From Escherichia virus TH41, in sequence record MT446412.1: a DNA stretch of 64,000 bases; one strand, given 5' to 3'. The position numbers and the translations under genes were made by a program. The notes beneath the pieces were generated by a model. It was given only the letters and a program-made list of their open reading frames with translations. It was not told the DNA's origin and made no database searches. This document shows, in pieces, positions 9,332 through 18,093 of the stretch (its first letter is position 1; the number at the start of each line of letters is the position of its first letter).

Positions 9332-9728
9332 GCTGTAGGTGATTCGCTACCTTAGTGCGGCTAGAAAATCGAGGAGCCGCCGAATTATCTGATTAATGAT
9401 TTGCGAATCATTATAGTTTTAGACCCCGATAATTTTGTGGTGTACCTCTTGAATGTTATTCTTATAGCGGCAAGTGCATGCTACCCCGAGGTGATGGCCA
9501 ATCGGGAGTACGCCTCAAGGCCTATATATCCATCAGTATATATCTTATCCTCGAGAAATCGAACCCGGAACCTTTAAGCTAACGGTGTGCAACAGATAAG
9601 AGCTATAAGGTATGATGACGAGGTTTATGGTTATCCTGTCGTTAAATATCCGAAACCTAATGTTCCCTTCGAGGGCTTGCGCAGGCAATGCCAATAAGTC
9701 CTGCATTCTATTTTAAAGAGAATTTAAT

Positions 9729-9890
9729 ATGGCTAAGAAAGAAGTTAAAGTTGTTGATGGCTCCTCCAAACGCGCTGGTTACAAGCGTGCGTCCAACAAG
9801 CGAATCAATCAGGTAACTGATAAACTTCAGGCTCGTGCTCGTGCGGTATTGCGTGCCGATGCAGCTTGCTTTGGTAAGCCGAAAGCATAA
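9729..9890 (+). CDS. Small basic hypothetical protein (53 aa; not in ORF track)
   Basis: ATG with RBS AAAGAG 8 nt upstream, Lys/Arg-rich product, followed directly by a strong terminator. Confidence 0.35.
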   Translation: MAKKEVKVVDGSSKRAGYKRASNKRINQVTDKLQARARAVLRADAACFGKPKA

Positions 9891-9895
9891 GTTCA

Positions 9896-9919
9896 GGGAC
9901 TCTTCGGAGTCCCTTTTTT
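9896..9919 (+). terminator. Intrinsic terminator
   Basis: Hairpin gggactcTTCGgagtccc followed by TTTTTT. Confidence 0.7.
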
Positions 9920-9934
9920 ATTTTCCATAAAGGG

Positions 9935-9964
9935 GTTTACAACAGGGTTGGTCCAGTGCATAAT
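9935..9964 (+). promoter_or_regulatory. Early-type promoter (GTTTAC ... CATAAT) with conserved leader
   Basis: Leader cataatgattccatactgagtta is identical to the one at 33432-33454. Confidence 0.5.
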
Positions 9965-10005
9965 GATTCCATACTGAGTTACACAATAAAACACTGGAGA
10001 ATAAA

Positions 10006-10374
10006 ATGAAAATCAATCTTAACTCATACATCAAAGGTAAAGACCACGACGGTTACAAAGCCATTGAAACTAAAGAAATGCAATGGCACTTGTATAAAGA
10101 ACAATTTGAATTCGTTTCTTGCATGACTCCAGAAGGTCCTTCTGATGACTTCTCCTGGAAAATTATGGTAACAAACTTTTTTACTGGTGATACCTACGAA
10201 CTGAAAACTTTGATTCTTGGTAAGATTCGTTGTAAGACCTATGAAGATGAAGAAACTGGTTATTCTGAAGATGTTACATGGTATCAAAATGGTCGCACCA
10301 CTGCTGATGATTTGATTGAAAAAATGAAAGCTAAGGGTGAATTAAATTTAGATAATTGGATTAAAGTCGCATAA
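10006..10374 (+). CDS. Hypothetical protein (30.x-type cluster)
   Basis: 122 aa ORF; RBS GGAGAA. Confidence 0.5.
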   Translation: MKINLNSYIKGKDHDGYKAIETKEMQWHLYKEQFEFVSCMTPEGPSDDFSWKIMVTNFFTGDTYELKTLILGKIRCKTYEDEETGYSEDVTWYQNGRTTADDLIEKMKAKGELNLDNWIKVA

Positions 10375-10378
10375 AACA

Positions 10379-10407
10379 GTTTACTTTGGTACAGGTTATG
10401 ATATTAT
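10379..10407 (+). promoter_or_regulatory. Early-type promoter (GTTTAC-17-TATTAT) inside a 9-bp perfect inverted repeat
   Basis: ggtacaggt ... acctgtacc (about 10388-10418) flanks the -10 hexamer. Confidence 0.45.
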
Positions 10408-10445
10408 AGACCTGTACCAACAAATGAAAACAACTGGAGAATAAA

Positions 10446-10811
10446 ATGAACTACATCAACTTTGAACGCAAATATGTTTCTAACTGCATCCCAGGTTCTT
10501 CTGAAGTTATTTGCTTGTGGAAACATAAAAATGGTTCAGTGTGCGAAATTGAGCAGTATATGACTCCTAACTACGTTTATATGCGATTTGAAAATGGTAT
10601 CACTCTTTCAATCACTATGACTGGTTCAACTTTTAAAATTGCTTTAGATGATGATTTCCGTGAACGTGATTTAGGGACTCATCCTTGCTGGAATGGTGTT
10701 AATCGCAAGCTGTTGGTTAAAACTTGGATTCGTCATATCCTGGGTAACAAAGCAAAACCTGAACACCTGGAAGCAATCTTTGATGTAGTTCTTAATGAAT
10801 TTGATATCTAA
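10446..10811 (+). CDS. Hypothetical protein
   Basis: 121 aa ORF; leader ACTGGAGAATAAAATG shared with ORF 10006. Confidence 0.5.
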   Translation: MNYINFERKYVSNCIPGSSEVICLWKHKNGSVCEIEQYMTPNYVYMRFENGITLSITMTGSTFKIALDDDFRERDLGTHPCWNGVNRKLLVKTWIRHILGNKAKPEHLEAIFDVVLNEFDI

Positions 10812-10848
10812 TCTTAAATGGGGGCGAAAGCCCCTTGAGGAAAATACT

Positions 10849-11136
10849 ATGTTTATGACTACTTACTTTGATACACGTAAAAATTTCTGTGAAGTTGTTT
10901 TCTCTAAAAAAGGCCCTAATGTTCCTGCTGGGTGTGAACCAACACGCGATTCCATTAAGAACTATGTTGATGTAGTTTGCCCAGTTGAATTCAGGACTGT
11001 TAATGGACGTGATACTCTGGCAATCACCAAGCTTAGACGCGACATTGATATTGACCCAATTGCGGCGCGGGAAATTAATTCATCTGATATTAATGGCGGT
11101 AATGTTAAATCGCGCGGTTTCCTGACGAGGTTCTAA
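10849..11136 (+). CDS. Hypothetical protein
   Basis: 95 aa from ATG 10849 with RBS GAGGA 7 nt upstream; the track start at 10795 is a non-ATG upstream extension. Confidence 0.45.
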   Translation: MFMTTYFDTRKNFCEVVFSKKGPNVPAGCEPTRDSIKNYVDVVCPVEFRTVNGRDTLAITKLRRDIDIDPIAAREINSSDINGGNVKSRGFLTRF

Positions 11137-11330
11137 TGCAACTATTCTTATCACAAACAGTTCAGTTAAAAGGTGTGGGTATTCCTGGAATGATTTCTAA
11201 GGTCTTACCTGCTTTTAAATTGGGTAATAACCAAATTAAAGAAGCCTATGTAGTCCTGTGGGTTGATGGAACTGAAGATGTTCGCATGGACGGTGAACTG
11301 TCTGTAATCAAATGTTTAAGGCGAGGATAA
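11136..11330 (+). CDS. Hypothetical small protein
   Basis: 64 aa; RBS GAGG; start overlaps upstream stop (TAATG). Confidence 0.45.
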   Translation: MQLFLSQTVQLKGVGIPGMISKVLPAFKLGNNQIKEAYVVLWVDGTEDVRMDGELSVIKCLRRG

Positions 11331-11331
11331 T

Positions 11332-11544
11332 ATGTTTAAGAAACTGATTCAGAAAATTTTGGGCACAGAAATGGTTGAAGTTACTTATCGCGTAACTGAC
11401 GTGAGTCCATGGGCCCGAAATATTGAACCATATACTAAAACAATTAAAATGCTGAAATCTGACGGTGGATTATCTATTAAAGACCGTCTACCTGGTTATG
11501 GTCATTGGGCTGATGTAGATATTATCAGTGTCAAAGATGTCTGA
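11332..11544 (+). CDS. Hypothetical small protein
   Basis: 70 aa; RBS GAGGA. Confidence 0.45.
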   Translation: MFKKLIQKILGTEMVEVTYRVTDVSPWARNIEPYTKTIKMLKSDGGLSIKDRLPGYGHWADVDIISVKDV

Positions 11545-11995
11545 GTTAGAAATCAGAAGCAATTTCCCATGGCCATCATGTGCATTAAGTAACTTTGCTA
11601 AATGGCCTTTTGTTATGGATGGCATCCAGTTTGGAGGTCTTGAAGGCTTCCTCCAAGGGTGTAAGGTGAGAAATCATGAACAACAAAAACGTATATTTGG
11701 GATGTCCGGTCTGGCCGCACAACAAACTGGAAGAGCTTATGCTAGAGCTGCGGACCGTGGGACGCTTTTCTGGCTTGGAATTCCCTTTTCAAGATACTCT
11801 GCATCATGGAAAGAGTTGTATACAAATGCTTATTTTGAAGCAGCGCTTCAAAACAAAGGATTCCGCGACGCATTACAAGCTACAAAGGGCAAAGTTTTAA
11901 AGCATTCGATGGCGAGCCACCTTACTGTTCATGATACAATATTGACTGAACAAGAATTTATTGACATACTTAACCAATTGAGAGATGCATTATGA
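11537..11995 (+). CDS. NADAR-like (YbiA/DUF1768-like) domain protein
   Basis: N-terminal pattern SNF..WP....DG..F...E...Q..K (LSNFAKWPFVMDGIQFGGLEGFLQGCKV) resembles the NADAR family; the track start at 11528 is a GTG, first ATG is 11537. Confidence 0.45.
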   Translation: MSELEIRSNFPWPSCALSNFAKWPFVMDGIQFGGLEGFLQGCKVRNHEQQKRIFGMSGLAAQQTGRAYARAADRGTLFWLGIPFSRYSASWKELYTNAYFEAALQNKGFRDALQATKGKVLKHSMASHLTVHDTILTEQEFIDILNQLRDAL

Positions 11996-12810
11996 AACCC
12001 GTTATTTTAACAGATATTGATGGCGTATGTTTGTCATGGCAGTCTGGCTTGCCTTATTTCGCCCAAAAATATAATTTACCCCTGGAACATATCCTTAAGA
12101 TGATTCAGGATGAAAAATTTGTGACCCCTGGTAAACTGTTCAATTGTGATGAAGAGTTGGGAGCACAGTTGATTGAGAAATATAACTGTTCAGATTTTAT
12201 TCGCTATTTGTCTCCTTACGCAGATGCATTAGGGGTTATTAATAACCTCAAAGAGCAATATGATTTTGTGGCTGTTACGGCTCTGGGTGATTCCATTGAT
12301 GCCCGTCTGAATCGTCAATTCAACCTGAATGCTTTGTTCCCTGGCGCATTTAAAGAAGTGATGATGTGCGGCCATACAGCCTCTAAAGAAGAGTTATTTC
12401 AGAAAGCGAAGACCAAATATAATGTCGTTTGTTATATTGATGACCTTGCACACCATTGCGACCATGCGAGTGAAATCCTTGAAGTCCCGGTTTATTGGAT
12501 GGCTCGTGGCGAACGTGATGCTATTCCTAAAACAGCTTCCAAAGTTTTTAATTGGGACGATGTTGCTGGACAGCTTAAGTTGAAACACAAAGATGAACCG
12601 GTCAAACCCGAATTCACCCCAGATGAACTCCGTAAACTGGAAGAGTTGTTTCGTGAAAGTCGACGTCTTCAACAACAAATGCAGCAAGGATGGCAACCAG
12701 GTCAACCATGGACCCCTGGATATAATCCAGCATATCCATATCAATATGGCCAGCGCGTAGGTACTGGTATTGAATACTGGTACAATCAACCGACTGGCGG
12801 AAGGGGTTAA
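11992..12810 (+). CDS. HAD-superfamily hydrolase-like protein with Q/P/Y-rich C-terminal tail
   Basis: Motif-I-like ILTDIDGV at the N-terminus (HAD DxDG[VT] signature); 272 aa; C-terminus QQQMQQGWQPGQPWTPGYNPAYPYQYGQ is low complexity. Confidence 0.5.
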   Translation: MKPVILTDIDGVCLSWQSGLPYFAQKYNLPLEHILKMIQDEKFVTPGKLFNCDEELGAQLIEKYNCSDFIRYLSPYADALGVINNLKEQYDFVAVTALGDSIDARLNRQFNLNALFPGAFKEVMMCGHTASKEELFQKAKTKYNVVCYIDDLAHHCDHASEILEVPVYWMARGERDAIPKTASKVFNWDDVAGQLKLKHKDEPVKPEFTPDELRKLEELFRESRRLQQQMQQGWQPGQPWTPGYNPAYPYQYGQRVGTGIEYWYNQPTGGRG

Positions 12811-12811
12811 T

Positions 12812-13090
12812 ATGTTTGTCGTTCATACTATTTCAGACCGTGGTCCAGTCACCACGATGGATTACGGCCATGTTAACCAGTTTATTCGTCATGTGAATCA
12901 TAATTACTCGTTTGATATTAATCCGGTCAAGGATAACCCAATCTGGCGGGAATGTGTTGAACAAGGATTTATCTATGTTCACTTCCTGACTAAAATGAAA
13001 CCAGATGGTGCAACTAAATTTGTGCTCACTTATCATAAGCGGTTGGATTTGCTTTTGGAAGACGTGGCATATAATAGAGTCAACGACTAA
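12812..13090 (+). CDS. Hypothetical protein (30.1 position)
   Basis: 92 aa from ATG 12812 with RBS GGAAGGGG upstream; the track start at 12770 overlaps the HAD gene. Confidence 0.45.
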   Translation: MFVVHTISDRGPVTTMDYGHVNQFIRHVNHNYSFDINPVKDNPIWRECVEQGFIYVHFLTKMKPDGATKFVLTYHKRLDLLLEDVAYNRVND

Positions 13091-13100
13091 GAGGTGATTA

Positions 13101-14633
13101 ATGATTTTAGATATTTTAAATGAAATTGCTGCAACCGATTCCACTAAAGAGAAACAAGCTATTCTGGAATCGTATTCTGACAATGAAACCCTCAAACGTG
13201 TGTATCGTTTGACATATTCCAAAGGCATCCAGTTCTATATTAAGAAATGGCCAAAACCTGGGGCAACGACTCAAAGCTTTGGCATGTTGAATATCGATGA
13301 TATGCTTGACTTTATCGAATTCACATTGGCCTCTCGTAAATTAACAGGTAATGCTGCAATCGAGGAATTATCTGGCTATATTGCTGATGGTAAAAAAGCA
13401 GATGTTGAAGTCCTGCGCCGTGTGATGATGCGTGACCTGGAATGCGGGGCATCCGTATCAATTGCAAATAAGGTTTGGAAAGGTTTAATTCCTGAACAAC
13501 CGCAGATGCTCGCTTCTTCCTATGATGAAGCCGGTATTGCCAAGAACATTAAGTTCCCGGCCTTTGCGCAATTGAAAGCCGACGGCGCCCGGTGTTTTGC
13601 AGAAGTTCGTGGCGATGAGTTGGATGATGTTCGATTGTTATCCCGAGCTGGCAACGAATACCTAAAGCTTGACCTCCTTAAAAAGGAATTGATTGAAGCT
13701 ACTCGTGAAGCGCGTGAGAGACATCCTGAGGGCGTTTTGATTGACGGTGAGTTAGTATACCATGAACAGAAAATAGCTCCCCAGAATGATGGTTTGGGCT
13801 TCCTTTTTGACGATTCAGATGAGATTGCCCCTGCACAAGAAACTGCGGAATCAAGAACCTTTTCAAATGGTCTGGCAAACAAATCATTGAAAGGAACTAT
13901 TTCTGCAACAGAAGCTGCTTGTATGAAATTCCAGGTTTGGGATTATGTTCCACTGATTGAAGTCTATTCTGATGTTAAGATTCTCAATCCGTTGAAATAC
14001 GATGTGCGTTTTGCTGTTCTGGAAAAGATGATTGCAGATAACGTGGTGCTGCATGGTTTCGACCGCATGATTCTGATTGAAAACCATGTTGTTAACAATC
14101 TCGATGAAGCGAAGGTTATCTATAAGAAATACGTGGATGAAGGTCTTGAAGGTATTATCCTTAAGAACATGGCATCGATTTGGGAAAACAAGCGCTCAAA
14201 GAACCTGTATAAGTTCAAAGAAGTAATTGACATTGCAATGGAAATCATTGGATATTACGAGCACGATAAAGACCCGAATAAGATTGGCGGTGTTGTGCTT
14301 CGTTCTTCTTGTGGTAAGATTACGAATAACTGTGGTTCTGGGTTTAAAGACACAACTCAAGTTAAAGATAAGAAAACCAAAAAATGGGTTACTATTCCGA
14401 TTGAGGAGCGTCATAAAATGGATCGTGAAGCCTTAATGGTTAAAGCCCGTAAAGGTGAATTGGTTGGAATGATTGCCGACTGTGAATGTAATGGTTGGTT
14501 GACTTCCGAGACTCGTAAAGATAATACGGTTGCATTGTTCCTGCCGATTATCAAAGGGTTCCGTTTCGATAAAGACCATGCAGACACATTCGAAGATGTA
14601 TTTGGCGACTGGTCAAAGACTGGGTTAAAATAA
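13101..14633 (+). CDS. 30: ATP-dependent DNA ligase
   Basis: Adenylation motif KADG (FAQLKADGARCF), 510 aa, RBS GAGGTGA; position next to alt as in T4. Confidence 0.9.
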   Translation: MILDILNEIAATDSTKEKQAILESYSDNETLKRVYRLTYSKGIQFYIKKWPKPGATTQSFGMLNIDDMLDFIEFTLASRKLTGNAAIEELSGYIADGKKADVEVLRRVMMRDLECGASVSIANKVWKGLIPEQPQMLASSYDEAGIAKNIKFPAFAQLKADGARCFAEVRGDELDDVRLLSRAGNEYLKLDLLKKELIEATREARERHPEGVLIDGELVYHEQKIAPQNDGLGFLFDDSDEIAPAQETAESRTFSNGLANKSLKGTISATEAACMKFQVWDYVPLIEVYSDVKILNPLKYDVRFAVLEKMIADNVVLHGFDRMILIENHVVNNLDEAKVIYKKYVDEGLEGIILKNMASIWENKRSKNLYKFKEVIDIAMEIIGYYEHDKDPNKIGGVVLRSSCGKITNNCGSGFKDTTQVKDKKTKKWVTIPIEERHKMDREALMVKARKGELVGMIADCECNGWLTSETRKDNTVALFLPIIKGFRFDKDHADTFEDVFGDWSKTGLK

Positions 14634-14634
14634 C

Positions 14635-14656
14635 AAAAGGGCTTCGGCCCTTTTTT
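14635..14656 (+). terminator. Intrinsic terminator after gene 30
   Basis: aaagggcTTCGgcccttt followed by T-run. Confidence 0.7.
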
Positions 14657-14658
14657 AG

Positions 14659-14666
14659 TATAAATA
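14659..14666 (+). promoter_or_regulatory. Late promoter (TATAAATA) upstream of alt
   Basis: Exact octamer about 26 nt upstream of the alt ATG. Confidence 0.55.
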
Positions 14667-14691
14667 CATCATATTTTATAAGGAACCTATT

Positions 14692-16752
14692 ATGTCTGAA
14701 CAATTAAATGAACTCTTTGACAAATATATCGAAGCCTTCGGTTATCCTGTCATTAATATGAATCCGAAATACAAGGTCCCACAGGTTTGGCAATTCGGTG
14801 TTCCTGGGACCAATTCTCTTATGGCCCGTTTGATGCAATTCACGGGCAAAGAAACAGTTAAACAATATAAACGCGGCGATGCAATTGCCGAGGTATTCCT
14901 GCTCTCCGGGACTTCACATGGCCATGCTGTTCCTCTGAAGGGTGGTCTAGGTGAAAAACCTCTTGATGCAATTAACCTGATTTTTGTTACAGTATGGGAA
15001 AGCATTAAACTAGGCAAACCTGATGTAGTCTTGTTCCGTTTCCCATCCAAAAAGATGAAAGGGCAAGACCAAGCTGTTATTCGTATTATGAATCGACTGA
15101 TTCAAATGAAAACCAGCGGACGTTATCATGTTCTTCCGAATGCTTCTGGCCTCGGCAAAAAGAACGCATACGTAATTATGTACAAAAAGGGTGTTGACCT
15201 GCTTTCAGTTGATGGTATGCCACCGGTCCCTGAGAAATATCAAAAAGTTGAAACTAAAGTTGGCGATGTATTCACCAATAAAGATACAGGTGCACAAGTC
15301 TCCAAACAAGAAATCGCAGCCGAAGTTCTGATTGATGCAGCAAACAAAAAGACCGATGCTGCTGTTGCCCAGAAAACTAAAATCAGTCGCCGAGCTATTG
15401 CACAAGCCCAGTACGCTCCAAGTGATTCCGTGCCCGATGGCTGGGACGAAATTGATGCAGAAGCTGCTAAGTTTAGTCGACCGGCTACGGCAGAACTTAT
15501 CGATGATTATGAAGAACTGGAAATTTTTGTTCGACCTTCCGAAACGAATACTATGGCTCGTATGCGCGCAGCAGATGCGGCTATGCGAGCAAATGGTGTT
15601 TGGAAAGAAGAAATTCGTGTTGAAGACTCTGACCCAATTTTTAACCGTATGCATCGTGAACTTAAACGTGCCCCAGTTGGTAGCATGAAGCAGATGCAGA
15701 TTTTTGCCGAATCATGCGCAGAGATTCTTAACCTTCGCAAAGCCGCATTTATCGAAAGAAAAATGAATGATGCTCCTCCTAACCTGGATGCAGCCACTTA
15801 TGCAGCTTCGCTCTGGGAAAAAGAATACACAAGCGCCATTCGTGTTGCAGTTAAAGACTTTGCCGAAGAAGCATCAGAAAATACTCTTAATTTCACAGCA
15901 GGGTATACTGACAACCGTTTCCATTATGGCCAGCGAGAAGCAATTGCAGATTATTGTGGAGCAAACTATGCCGATATTAATAATTATTTGATGGGCAAAT
16001 ATTATGAAGAAGAAGCTGAATTCCTAAATCTAGACAGAGTTGTCGAAACAATTAAGGAATTGGATTCGGCCTTTGAAATTGGACATAAGTTGCCGCCTAA
16101 TACAACTCTTTGGCGTGGTCAATATTTAAACGTTCCTACATTTGATAAAATTAAGAAATCTAAATTATTTTATTTCAGGAACTATGTATCAACGTCGTTT
16201 AAACCGATTATCTTTGGTGGCTGGGTGGCGAACGTTGCTATGGCTGCAGTTCATCAGGACTATCGTGATGGGACATCTTTCCAGGCTGATGACGAAATTG
16301 TTTTACCAGATATGCCGGATGCACGCCGCGACCACGTAATGATGCATGTTGGTTGGAAAATTTCTGGGGCGGACTTAATTAACGTAATTGTTCCTGGGGA
16401 ATTGTCAAGCAACCCGTCCGAGCAGGAAGTTATTCTTCCTCGTGGGACTGTAGTTAAGATTACCAAAATTACTGATGCTTCGTATCAAGGAAACGCGAAC
16501 GTCAAAATGCTGGAAGCTGATATCCAGACTACGGACCAACTGGATGAAAATGCAGTTATCTATGATGGCGATGTGTTGATGGAAACTGGTGAGCTTGTCG
16601 TTTATCAGGGCGAGGAAACAGAAGAGCCAGTAGAATCTGTTGACTTTGCATCGTTTGCATCCTCTGGTGTAACGAAGAAAGTCAATCAAGGTCTTGGTAT
16701 TCTTGCTAGTTGTATTAATTTGGAAGCTATTCCTCCTAAATTCCTTTCGTAG
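14692..16752 (+). CDS. alt: Alt-like ADP-ribosyltransferase (virion-packaged)
   Basis: 686 aa (T4 Alt about 682 aa), located between gene 30 and gene 54 as in T4, preceded by a late promoter. Confidence 0.75.
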   Translation: MSEQLNELFDKYIEAFGYPVINMNPKYKVPQVWQFGVPGTNSLMARLMQFTGKETVKQYKRGDAIAEVFLLSGTSHGHAVPLKGGLGEKPLDAINLIFVTVWESIKLGKPDVVLFRFPSKKMKGQDQAVIRIMNRLIQMKTSGRYHVLPNASGLGKKNAYVIMYKKGVDLLSVDGMPPVPEKYQKVETKVGDVFTNKDTGAQVSKQEIAAEVLIDAANKKTDAAVAQKTKISRRAIAQAQYAPSDSVPDGWDEIDAEAAKFSRPATAELIDDYEELEIFVRPSETNTMARMRAADAAMRANGVWKEEIRVEDSDPIFNRMHRELKRAPVGSMKQMQIFAESCAEILNLRKAAFIERKMNDAPPNLDAATYAASLWEKEYTSAIRVAVKDFAEEASENTLNFTAGYTDNRFHYGQREAIADYCGANYADINNYLMGKYYEEEAEFLNLDRVVETIKELDSAFEIGHKLPPNTTLWRGQYLNVPTFDKIKKSKLFYFRNYVSTSFKPIIFGGWVANVAMAAVHQDYRDGTSFQADDEIVLPDMPDARRDHVMMHVGWKISGADLINVIVPGELSSNPSEQEVILPRGTVVKITKITDASYQGNANVKMLEADIQTTDQLDENAVIYDGDVLMETGELVVYQGEETEEPVESVDFASFASSGVTKKVNQGLGILASCINLEAIPPKFLS

Positions 16753-16754
16753 GG

Positions 16755-16783
16755 GTTTACAAGCACAAGGAAGTGCGATACAA
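16755..16783 (+). promoter_or_regulatory. Early-type promoter (GTTTAC-17-TACAAT)
   Basis: Hexamers with 17-nt spacer; downstream leader shared with the promoter at 6246. Confidence 0.45.
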
Positions 16784-16815
16784 TGTTCATATCAATTGCA
16801 CATGAGGAAAACAAA

Positions 16816-17106
16816 ATGAAATCATCTTTTCGCTTTAATGGTCAGGAACTGGTAGTTGAGAATGTTATCCCGGCTTCAGAAGAGTTTGACAGCGCGGTGG
16901 GTAATGAACTGCGGCGTGTGTTTGGCGAAGATAAGAAGTTTGACCTTCGCCCTGTTGAAAACTTTGTAAATTCTGAACAAACAGAAAATATTTTTAATGG
17001 TGTAGTAACTGGGCAACTTGAATCTGAAGCACCAATTGCAATTACAGTCTTTGCTAAGAAAGAAGTTGTAATGACTGCAGCAGGTTTCATTTCATTCCGC
17101 AAATAA
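16816..17106 (+). CDS. Hypothetical protein
   Basis: 96 aa from ATG 16816 with RBS GAGGAAAA; the track start at 16783 lies inside the promoter -10. Confidence 0.45.
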   Translation: MKSSFRFNGQELVVENVIPASEEFDSAVGNELRRVFGEDKKFDLRPVENFVNSEQTENIFNGVVTGQLESEAPIAITVFAKKEVVMTAAGFISFRK

Positions 17107-17133
17107 AAAAGGGACCTTCGGGTCCCTTTCTTT
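17107..17133. terminator. Bidirectional intrinsic terminator between convergent genes
   Basis: gggaccTTCGggtccc flanked by A-run on one side and T-run on the other. Confidence 0.7.
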
Positions 17134-18093
17134 TTATAATATACGTTGACTTCCACCAGAGACTGTTCTCCCAGAACCAGTGAACGTATTGTACAGACTT
17201 GTTAATCCAGATTGAGCACCAGACAAGCGGCTCAATTTGGCAACTTCTGAGTTCAAGTTGTTATCTGAACTAATACCAGATACACCTTTAATAACCTTAT
17301 CTTCCAACCATTCCAATGCCGCAGCTCTTCCCACCGCACCAGTTGACATAACGCGATAAGCAAAAGTCACATCAAATGTAGCTATCTGATTATCCCCTTC
17401 ATAACTCAATTCAGGTGCAGATACACTTACAGGAACACAACCAGTTAACATAACAACCGTATGCGGTAACCCATTACGCGAATGAAGGTTAACCTGAATA
17501 TCAGCTTCAACGTCTTCAGGCAAGGCCCTTAGCTGGGTAACTGGGTCCTGTACAGAGTTGACCCAATCGTTAAATGCTCTAAAGTTCCCTGCCTCTGAAT
17601 CCATTCTAAAGCTCAATACCAACGGAGAATATTCTCTCCCGGTTATCTTGATATTTGGTGCATTATGGTTAAGGTCCATTTCGTAGTTCAATGTGTTATC
17701 CGGAAGCTTAACAGAGTGAACTAATAGACCAGCCGTTGGATAAGCCATATTAAAGAAATCAAGCAGGTAAGTACCAACCTCAAATTCCCCTAGTAACGAT
17801 TGCACAACACGGTTACTCATTGCCCCGATAAGATATTTGCTTATCCCTGATTTGCGAATAAGCTTTTGTGTCCCGGCAGTAACAAGAGTTGTTATCCCCT
17901 GAGTTAAGTCACCTTGTGTTAATCCGAACCAATCTGAGTTAACAGGAAGGTTACTGAATAATGCGCCACCGAACTGGTCCAGAAGATTCTGAGATTTGGA
18001 GGAAGGCGTGGTCGCGAAGACCACACTAAAAAGGTTATTCCTCTGCAAGTCGATATTAATCGCTTGTGTTTGAAATTCTTGTAAAGTAAACAT
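17134..18093 (-). CDS. 54: Baseplate tail-tube initiator gp54
   Basis: 319 aa, N-terminus MFTLQEFQTQAINIDLQRNNLFS resembles T4 gp54; synteny 54-48-29. Confidence 0.8.
   Translation of the reverse strand: MFTLQEFQTQAINIDLQRNNLFSVVFATTPSSKSQNLLDQFGGALFSNLPVNSDWFGLTQGDLTQGITTLVTAGTQKLIRKSGISKYLIGAMSNRVVQSLLGEFEVGTYLLDFFNMAYPTAGLLVHSVKLPDNTLNYEMDLNHNAPNIKITGREYSPLVLSFRMDSEAGNFRAFNDWVNSVQDPVTQLRALPEDVEADIQVNLHSRNGLPHTVVMLTGCVPVSVSAPELSYEGDNQIATFDVTFAYRVMSTGAVGRAAALEWLEDKVIKGVSGISSDNNLNSEVAKLSRLSGAQSGLTSLYNTFTGSGRTVSGGSQRIL

Noticed and set aside
9541-9580. tRNA-like T-loop motif (GGGTTCGATTT) on the minus strand in the rIII-downstream gap
   Set aside because: The flanking sequence does not form a T-stem (only 1-2 Watson-Crick pairs) and no acceptor, D or anticodon arms could be built; judged a chance occurrence.
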